A DNA stretch of 32,000 bases from Pirellula staleyi DSM 6068 (lineage in GTDB: Bacteria; Planctomycetota; Planctomycetia; Pirellulales; Pirellulaceae). Within the stretch, counting starts at the first letter, position 1. Each line of letters starts with the position of its first letter. The notes under the pieces were generated by a model. The model was not told the origin of the DNA. It made no database searches and was given only the letters and a program-made list of their open reading frames with translations. This document shows positions 25,484 to 32,000 of this stretch, piece after piece. The translations under genes and the position numbers were made by a program. The stretch is taken from contig CP001848.1 in assembly GCA_000025185.1 (NCBI GenBank), forward strand, positions 3,450,001-3,482,000, written 5' to 3'.

Positions 25484-27862
25484 CTATTCTTTTGCTGCAG
25501 CTGTAGCTTCTTCGGCCGGTGCAGGCTCGGTGGCTGGGGGCTGTGCCTCTGGCGGCGCTGGTGACTGGGGAACTGGAGTCTGAGGAGCTGGTGGCGTGGG
25601 CGTAGAACCTTCCTTCTCGAGGATGTTCTGAATCCGCTCAGCCTTCTCCTTCATCGTCCGGTCATATACGTCTTGCTGCGACTTCTGAATCTCGTACAGC
25701 AAGTTCACCGCCTCTTGGAAGCCTTCGGCCTTCACCATTCGCGAGAGAATCAGCCGCATTTCGTCGACCATCTTCTGCTGAACAGCCACCGCTTGGGCAA
25801 ACGCTTCGCCGCGTGGCTTTACATCGGCACTTTGACGCCGCGTTTCGTCCAGCTTGGCAATCGACTCGCTGGCCATCGGTCCTGATACCAGCTGCATCGG
25901 CTCGACGATCTCTTTGGTCAGGCGTGTCTGAAGCTTTCCACCGGGCTCTTCGATGCGGTTGTTCTCGACCTCGAGTACGAATCCGCTGAAGCGTTCGGCA
26001 ATGGCGGCGGTGTTGCTGGCGACTTGTTTTTGCCGACGCTGCAGTTGCAGCAGCATGTCCTTTTGTATCGACTCGAGAGCCGCACTGTTATTGGTTGTCG
26101 CTTCGAGCGCACGGGTCTCGGTGAGAATGTCTTCTTCGTTCTTGAGAAGCCGCTCGAATTCCTGACGCTGTTCTTTTTCGCGTCGCAGCAGATCAGCGCG
26201 AAGCTCATCTTCGGTAACCACGCGAAGCAAAAAGTCGGACGACTTTCCGACGTTGGGAACTTCATCAGCAGCGTCGTCTTTCACGTTGTCGTTGTCTCGT
26301 GCGGCAATGCGAAGTGTAAGCGCGCTGCCCGTTGGAATCGCCAGAGGCTCAAGTTCCACCACATCGGCAAAATCGACTTCCAGTGCTGGTAGCTGCTTGG
26401 TGAGCGATTCCAGAGCAACGGTGCCATCTCCCTGCTTTCGCTCGGTGTCAGACGTGGTCCAGCTGTACTCGATCTGGCTGCTAACGATCCCAAAATCGTC
26501 GGTCAGACGTCCCGCCAGAGGAATGCGTGCTTTGGGAACCACCACGCCACTGACGCCCAGGAGTCGCATCCGAACGCGAGGTTCGCGGTCTAGACGGATG
26601 CGAATGCCAAACGAAGTATTGCGGCGCGACGAAAGCCCGAGTTCATCCTTCAGCACGATGGTGTACTGGCCGGCGACAAAGTTGGAGATGTCGACCACTC
26701 CCGAGAACGAGAGGCTGTTGTCGACTTTCAATTCGATCGATTTCTCGTCGTCAATCACGATCGAAGCACTGGCGAGTGGCTTGGTCGATGTCCCCTGAAT
26801 AGCGAGGGAGCTACCACGGAGCACGTAGTAGGGACCTCGACCTGGTGGAAGTTTTTCCGGGGCTAGATTCGCATACTGAGGGGGGGTGACTTCGAGCTCG
26901 AGTGAATCGACTGCTGGTGGATCAACGAGTTCGACCTGCACCCAGTCGGTGTAGGCATCTCCACCACGTGCGCGAAACTCGAACGGTTCCAGCACATTGT
27001 TAAAGACAGCTTCGAATCGTTGACTTCCATCGGTCGGCTGTTCGGTCGTGCGTTTCATTGCTTGCGACTGACGCCCCCGGGCACGCCGAAAATCGATATG
27101 CACGGAATCGGGAAAAATCTTGCTATCGGCAGCGACCGTGACGAACTGCGTCCAGTCTTCGCCACGCGGGAAAACAACCTTGCCGTTTACCGCGCGTTCG
27201 ATTTCGAGGTTTGTGCTTTGTGGCCATGGTGTGCTCATGAGGAGCAAATTACGTTCGGCCCAAATCCGCAAAATCCCGCTAGGAAATGCCGCAATCGAGA
27301 TTACACACCAGCTCGACAGACCCAAGGCCAGGACCAGCAGGATGGCATGGAAGCGGAACGATAGTGAATCGAGTACGTTCGAAAAATCGACCTCTTGAGC
27401 GCGCTTCATCCCCATCCGAATGGTTTGGTTCATCAAGAGGGGGGACATGCCATGTTGCTTATCTTCGGGAAGGCGCGCGAGCTGTAACGCACTAATCAGG
27501 CTTTCACCGAGATGTTTGTTGGCAGCTTCAACACGGAGGCAAAGCGCGTCGTCGCTAGGAACTTGCGACAGTGGAAGGAAGAGCCACTTGTAGGCAATCC
27601 AAACAGTGGCGGCGATCATCAAAGCCAACATGACAGCGCGCTGCGATAGGTCCATGCGAAACAGGTAATCGAGGATCAAGTCGGCAAGCGACAGGAGCAG
27701 TGCTCCCCAAGCAATGCGCGAGAGGCCATCGATCCAAAACCAGAGGCTGATTTTGCTACGCAGCTGCGCAAGGCGGCTGGTGACCAGACTCGTTTCTGAG
27801 GTGCTCGGTAGTGTGGCGCCGGACATCGCGATGGACCTTCTATGCAAAATCGAGTCAAGCAT
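25484..27862 (-). CDS. large membrane-anchored protein with a beta-rich region, a long coiled coil and a Pro-rich tail (uncharacterised)
   Basis: This is a 792-aa ORF, with an alternative start at 27826. It has three hydrophobic segments (WFWIDGLSRIAWGALLLSLADLIL, AVMLALMIAATVWIAYKWLFL, FHAILLVLALGLSSWCVISIAAF). The coiled coil is charged (ELRADLLRREKEQRQEFERLLKNEED...). The tail reads PTPPAPQTPVPQSPAPPEAQPPATEPAP. It looks co-oriented and probably co-transcribed with the vWA gene upstream. Confidence 0.7.
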   Translation of the reverse strand: MLDSILHRRSIAMSGATLPSTSETSLVTSRLAQLRSKISLWFWIDGLSRIAWGALLLSLADLILDYLFRMDLSQRAVMLALMIAATVWIAYKWLFLPLSQVPSDDALCLRVEAANKHLGESLISALQLARLPEDKQHGMSPLLMNQTIRMGMKRAQEVDFSNVLDSLSFRFHAILLVLALGLSSWCVISIAAFPSGILRIWAERNLLLMSTPWPQSTNLEIERAVNGKVVFPRGEDWTQFVTVAADSKIFPDSVHIDFRRARGRQSQAMKRTTEQPTDGSQRFEAVFNNVLEPFEFRARGGDAYTDWVQVELVDPPAVDSLELEVTPPQYANLAPEKLPPGRGPYYVLRGSSLAIQGTSTKPLASASIVIDDEKSIELKVDNSLSFSGVVDISNFVAGQYTIVLKDELGLSSRRNTSFGIRIRLDREPRVRMRLLGVSGVVVPKARIPLAGRLTDDFGIVSSQIEYSWTTSDTERKQGDGTVALESLTKQLPALEVDFADVVELEPLAIPTGSALTLRIAARDNDNVKDDAADEVPNVGKSSDFLLRVVTEDELRADLLRREKEQRQEFERLLKNEEDILTETRALEATTNNSAALESIQKDMLLQLQRRQKQVASNTAAIAERFSGFVLEVENNRIEEPGGKLQTRLTKEIVEPMQLVSGPMASESIAKLDETRRQSADVKPRGEAFAQAVAVQQKMVDEMRLILSRMVKAEGFQEAVNLLYEIQKSQQDVYDRTMKEKAERIQNILEKEGSTPTPPAPQTPVPQSPAPPEAQPPATEPAPAEEATAAAKE

Positions 27863-27932
27863 CCCTGGGGATCACGCTCGACAAACGAATCTTCTCAAGC
27901 TTCAAATCGATCGAACAAAACTTAGGCAAGGA

Positions 27933-30563
27933 CTACAGCAGTTTGTACTGCTTACGAACCCACCACTCAGCAGCCAGCAGCACGATCAAACAGGTGAGCA
28001 TGCCGGGCGTATCCCACAGCGGCTGAGGTCGGCCGCGAGTCTCCAGCACTTCCGTTTTGTTAGGAATTGCTTCTGCAAGTTGGCTCAGTTCACTGATCTC
28101 GAAGTACTTGCCACCCGACAGATTCGCAATCTCAGTGAGCAGCGGCTTATCGAGCCAAATCTGATTGGTTTCAACACTCGGTAGTTCGATGGTGAAAGGT
28201 GTCTCGATGGTTGCCGATTCACCATCACCAGCACTTGCGGGACGAACACGCACGGTGAACACGCCAGTCGATCGCGCAGTGAGAGCCGCCTCGTAAGACC
28301 CAGGCTGATTGGCAACGGGAAGCAGCGTGAGAGTTTCGGGCTGATTACCCGTAGACTCGAGCGTCGCTTCAACTTTGGGAGCAACGAGCGGATTGTAGGT
28401 GGCATCCTGCAGCCGAGCGGAGACTGTGATCCGTTCGCCGATCTCATAGCGATCGCGATCGGTTTGCACATAGCCACGACGACGTCCCTCCAGCGAGCGA
28501 CCTTCCACCAGATAGCGTGTTGCTTGAATCCAGAATTTGTCGAAGAACTCCGCTTGGCGTCCCGCTCGCCGCCAACGCCAAGTTCCATTGAAACCGAGAT
28601 AGAGGGTGTGCCCGGAGCCATAACGACCGGCGACCAGCAGCGGTCGCGGACCTTCGACGCTGCGCAGGGTGGGGTCACTATGTTCGAGCAGCACGGTGGC
28701 AGTCGGTTTCGGTTCTTGCGAAGGAAAACTCCAGAAAATGCCGGGTAATGTTTCCCAGCGCTGCAGCGTTTCTTGACGATCTGGATAAAAACGCATCACC
28801 GGGTGATCGACGTTGGCCTGCGTGACCTTAAGGGGCCAGCTACGCTGATTCGACGACAAAAGCGAGGCAACTTCGAGAGCCCCTACGTCGCCAAACGAGA
28901 CCGGCAGAAGCTTGTTGAACTCGCTAGTTCGTGCACCCGTAAGCAAACGGCCGGAATGTTTTGGGCCAGCCATGAAAAGTAGGCCACCGGAGTGTTCGCC
29001 CACGAACTGTTTCAGCAGCTCAATCCAAGCTTCATCGAACTCTTGGGGATTGGGATCGAAGAGCATGATCACGTCGTAATAGAACAGGTCTTCCCGCGTA
29101 GTAGGGAGCTGGGTGATTTGACGCGTACCCTCTTGCGCACGCTCTTCGTCCAGCGTTTGTAGCCAGCAGCTAACGACGATTGTCTTGTCGCGCGCTAGCA
29201 GCTTTTGAAGTAAGCGGAACTCCCAGGTCGGAGCGCCGGCAACGAGAAGGACACGCACTTTCTCGCGGCTGAGAACTTTCACCACAGCCGACGAAACCTG
29301 ATTGTCGTCTTCGTTGATTTCGTCGTCGACAGGCTGGACGCGTACGCTGTAGACCACGTCCCCCGGCTCTTTAGCTGTATGCGAGAACTGCGCACGCAGG
29401 CGACCACCACCCTCGGGAACTTCTAGTTGCAGTGTCTGCACTACAGCACCACTGCTGAGCGATTTATCGCTTTCGTTCACCTTTTGTTCGATCAATTCGA
29501 CCCGCGCATCGCCCGCTTCAATTCCTTGGGCGGTAACAATCGCATCGATCTCAAATGGTTCGTCTTGCCAAACTTGGGGACGCACATAGAGACTCGCCAC
29601 TCGCAAATTGCGTGGCTTGCTCGGGTCACCCACACCGACCATGAAAAACGGAACGCCTCGCTCCTTGGCTTCAAGAGCGGCGTTGCGTGGGTCGTCGCGG
29701 CCGGTGTGCTGTCCGTCGGAAAACATCACCACCGCAGCGGGTGAATCGGTCGACATCGATTCGCGAATTGCCATCCACAAATCGGTCCCTCGGCCATCCG
29801 CCGCCAGTAAAGGGAGGGGAGTTTTCGGAGCACGTGAGCTTTCGCTTGCTTCTTCGGCGGTTGGCGGCGTGGTGGAAACAGGCCGCTCGGCACCTGTTGG
29901 AGGAAGTGCTGAGCGTGTTTGCAGTCGCTCTACATGATCCGAAAAGTTGATCGCTTGTACTTTGCCGCGCGTCGCCAGTTCTTCGAGCAGCTTGCTTTCG
30001 GGATCACTAAGAACTTTGTTGACGATTTGAGTGCGAGTCGGGCGAAGGCGGCGCACTTCTTCGAGCGACAGGTTCATTACGCTCGAGGTAATCTTGGCTG
30101 CCGTTTCATCGTCGTAACGATCAGCAGTATTCATCGACTGCGAAGCATCGCGTGCTAGGATGAGCGTGGGTCGGACTTCGCGATTCTGCAGGTAAACCAG
30201 CGATGGGCCAAGGAAGATCACGACGAGCAGCAGCACGACACCGCAGCGCATGCCAGCGAGGAGAAGCTTGACCCAAGCGGGGCACGTGTCGAGCTCGCGA
30301 CGATAAAGATTCACAACGCCGTAGAGCATGGCCGCAACTGCGGCAATCAGAACGAACACTCCCCAACTCGTTGGCAAGTTGGTGAGCAGGAACTCTACCT
30401 TCGCACCTTCGGGAACTTGCGAAGCGTCGTAACCAAACCAACTGACGATGGTGTCGGTGAACGATGCTGCTAGTGGCAACAGATTCATCTTCGATCCGCC
30501 AATCGCGCTAGGGGTGGTCATCAGGAAGTCGAGCGAAGAAGCGATCACGAGAGAATCTCTCAC
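27933..30563 (-). CDS. vWA (MIDAS) domain membrane protein, BatA/BatB-like, with a glutamine-amidotransferase-like central region and a C-terminal TM anchor
   Basis: This is an 876-aa ORF with alternative starts at 30521 and 30488. It has N-terminal TM helices (WGVFVLIAAVAAMLYGV, LLLAGMRCGVVLLLVVIFLG). The MIDAS DxSxS motif reads D-A-S-Q-S at 30135-30149. VVMFSDGQH is typical of the vWA beta4 strand. VRVLLVAGAPTWEFRLLQKLL...YDVIMLFD resembles the ThuA/GATase1-like fold. The C-terminus MLTCLIVLLAAEWWVRK is a TM anchor. Confidence 0.75.
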   Translation of the reverse strand: MRDSLVIASSLDFLMTTPSAIGGSKMNLLPLAASFTDTIVSWFGYDASQVPEGAKVEFLLTNLPTSWGVFVLIAAVAAMLYGVVNLYRRELDTCPAWVKLLLAGMRCGVVLLLVVIFLGPSLVYLQNREVRPTLILARDASQSMNTADRYDDETAAKITSSVMNLSLEEVRRLRPTRTQIVNKVLSDPESKLLEELATRGKVQAINFSDHVERLQTRSALPPTGAERPVSTTPPTAEEASESSRAPKTPLPLLAADGRGTDLWMAIRESMSTDSPAAVVMFSDGQHTGRDDPRNAALEAKERGVPFFMVGVGDPSKPRNLRVASLYVRPQVWQDEPFEIDAIVTAQGIEAGDARVELIEQKVNESDKSLSSGAVVQTLQLEVPEGGGRLRAQFSHTAKEPGDVVYSVRVQPVDDEINEDDNQVSSAVVKVLSREKVRVLLVAGAPTWEFRLLQKLLARDKTIVVSCWLQTLDEERAQEGTRQITQLPTTREDLFYYDVIMLFDPNPQEFDEAWIELLKQFVGEHSGGLLFMAGPKHSGRLLTGARTSEFNKLLPVSFGDVGALEVASLLSSNQRSWPLKVTQANVDHPVMRFYPDRQETLQRWETLPGIFWSFPSQEPKPTATVLLEHSDPTLRSVEGPRPLLVAGRYGSGHTLYLGFNGTWRWRRAGRQAEFFDKFWIQATRYLVEGRSLEGRRRGYVQTDRDRYEIGERITVSARLQDATYNPLVAPKVEATLESTGNQPETLTLLPVANQPGSYEAALTARSTGVFTVRVRPASAGDGESATIETPFTIELPSVETNQIWLDKPLLTEIANLSGGKYFEISELSQLAEAIPNKTEVLETRGRPQPLWDTPGMLTCLIVLLAAEWWVRKQYKLL

Positions 30564-30626
30564 GCTAGTTTAAGTTCTTAAGGAATGGATCGGGGTGCAG
30601 GACAGGTCGGACAAAATCAGGCGAGG

Positions 30627-32000
30627 CTAAAATCTCCACGCGCGGCTGAGAGCAGGCATGTCGATCTTTCGGAGTTCTTTACCCGCAGCATCTATCTCGG
30701 TCACGCCGGTGGAATCGACCACAACCGTGGTGCCAGTCGCCAAGCGTTGCGCTGAATACGGATTCTTAAACTTTCCCTGCTGCCAAACCACTTTTCCATC
30801 GCGGCTGTATTCGCGAATCTCTTGCAGGTTCAGAGAGCAAACTAAGGTGTTGCCATTTTCGAGACGTTGTACGGAAAAAGGCATCCCGACGCCGCCGATT
30901 TCCCACACTGTTTTGCCGGAGGCATCGATTTCAATCACCTTCTGCACGTTCTGCAGCGCCACGAGTGTGCGACCATCTTCTAGTCGCCGCGCATCCACAG
31001 GACGCCCTTCGAGAGCCGCTTTCCAAACGATTTTCTTCGCCGGATCGATCTCGAGGACTTGCGAGCCTTCTGTGCAGGCAATCAGTGTGTTGCCATTCTC
31101 GAGTCGTTCGACACTTGTGGGACCTCCGGGAAGGCCATCGTAGCGCCAAACTTCTTTACCTGTGTCGTCGTACTCCACTAGCGAACGCTCGTTGAAGCTG
31201 CCGATCAGGCGATGTCCATTGGGAAGCCCTTGGCAGGCCCAGGGCTGAACACCGGTCGCACGCTCCCAAAGTTTCTTGCCAGTCACATCGAATTCGATCA
31301 CTTTGTTCTGGCCGTGATTGGTCACCAAGATGCGACCAAGATCGATCGGAACATTATCGAGGGGATGTTTGAGGAGCGCGGTGGAGGAACTCTTTTCGAG
31401 CCATTCATTCCACTTCTCGAGTGGCGCCGAGCGTTCTTCTTTCGGAGCATAGACGGTAAATCCAAACGCCTCGCCAGTGTAGCTACGAAGGGTTCGAAAG
31501 GCTTCGAGTCGCACCGCGACATCATCGGCATCGAGCAGCTTGACAAGCGTTGGGAGCGATTCGCGGCGATTGTTTACTGCTAAGATGCGAGCTGATGTGG
31601 CCCGCACAATCGGAGCATCGTCGCTGAGGAGCTTGAGTGAAAGTTCGACCGAGCGAGCGGTGTCGAGTTCGGCAATGGCACCGAGCACGGCAATGCGGTG
31701 CTGAGGATCGGCCTCGCTGAGTCCTTCGACAAGCATTGGCAAATCTTTGGTGGTTGCCGTGGCGATCAGAGCGCGGCGCAGTGCAATCCGCAGATGCTCT
31801 TCGTCGCAAAGAGGTAGCGATTTTAGCAGCGAAGAGGCGAGCCCTGGCAGGTTCTCTTCGCGAATGATCGTGAGGGCCGCAAACAAAAGCGAACGACCTT
31901 CTGCCTGGGTTTGATCGAGAATGCGTTTCGAGCGCCAGCGGATTTCCGGATCGTCACTCTTGGTGGCACTGACGAGCACATCGTGCAGGCCGGCTGGTTG
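30627..32000 (-). CDS. HEAT-repeat plus six-bladed beta-propeller protein (5' end outside the window)
   Basis: The frame stays open to position 32000 (..QPAGLHDVLVSATKSDDPEIRWRS). The N-terminal half has HEAT/armadillo-like repeats (DPQHRIAVLGAIAEL, DDAPIVRATSARILA, DDVAVRLEAFRTL). The C-terminal 235 aa carry six repeats of about 40 aa of the type KVIEIDASGKTVWE....RLENGNTLV. Confidence 0.75.
   Translation of the reverse strand, partial: QPAGLHDVLVSATKSDDPEIRWRSKRILDQTQAEGRSLLFAALTIIREENLPGLASSLLKSLPLCDEEHLRIALRRALIATATTKDLPMLVEGLSEADPQHRIAVLGAIAELDTARSVELSLKLLSDDAPIVRATSARILAVNNRRESLPTLVKLLDADDVAVRLEAFRTLRSYTGEAFGFTVYAPKEERSAPLEKWNEWLEKSSSTALLKHPLDNVPIDLGRILVTNHGQNKVIEFDVTGKKLWERATGVQPWACQGLPNGHRLIGSFNERSLVEYDDTGKEVWRYDGLPGGPTSVERLENGNTLIACTEGSQVLEIDPAKKIVWKAALEGRPVDARRLEDGRTLVALQNVQKVIEIDASGKTVWEIGGVGMPFSVQRLENGNTLVCSLNLQEIREYSRDGKVVWQQGKFKNPYSAQRLATGTTVVVDSTGVTEIDAAGKELRKIDMPALSRAWRF

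Overview
This window looks like a moderately GC-rich chromosomal core region, not an island. I found no rRNA, tRNA, CRISPR array, transposase, integrase or phage gene. Several traits suggest Planctomycetota, probably Pirellulales-like, though this is inference only. These traits are a signal-peptide sulfatase with a CxPxR motif, a uridylyltransferase-only GlmU, giant vWA-type membrane proteins, weak Shine-Dalgarno usage and long intergenic gaps.

Gene order:
- Minus strand: rpsF (partial), pth, ctc/rplY.
- Plus strand: an orphan groES-like gene and a secreted hypothetical protein.
- Minus strand: prs and a glmU-like gene.
- Plus strand: argB, argD, argF, rph.
- Minus strand: a hypothetical gene, a sulfatase, csrA and a PhyH-family dioxygenase.
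- Plus strand: a secreted esterase and a zinc-ribbon/AIM24-family protein.
- Minus strand: a thrC-like gene, a frameshifted Nramp-superfamily transporter, a small Cys-rich secreted protein, a cytidylyltransferase-like gene, a COG1579 zinc-ribbon coiled-coil protein, rpoD, dnaG, then a three-gene envelope cluster. That cluster encodes a 792-aa coiled-coil membrane protein, an 876-aa vWA/MIDAS membrane protein and a HEAT plus beta-propeller protein that runs off the window.

I do not see a convincing defence-island-like or clearly novel multi-gene system. The observations most worth a second look are:
- the uncharacterised HEAT/propeller, vWA and coiled-coil membrane trio
- a single-base frameshift at a C6 homopolymer that splits an atypical Nramp-like transporter
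- a 75-nt nested-hairpin element upstream of the cytidylyltransferase-like gene
- a roughly 440-nt leader behind a near-consensus promoter upstream of dnaG, with no rpsU
- an orphan csrA with GGA motifs in its own leader
- a promoter, hairpin and U-tract leader in front of argB

All protein calls rest on motif recognition from the supplied translations. No database search was possible.
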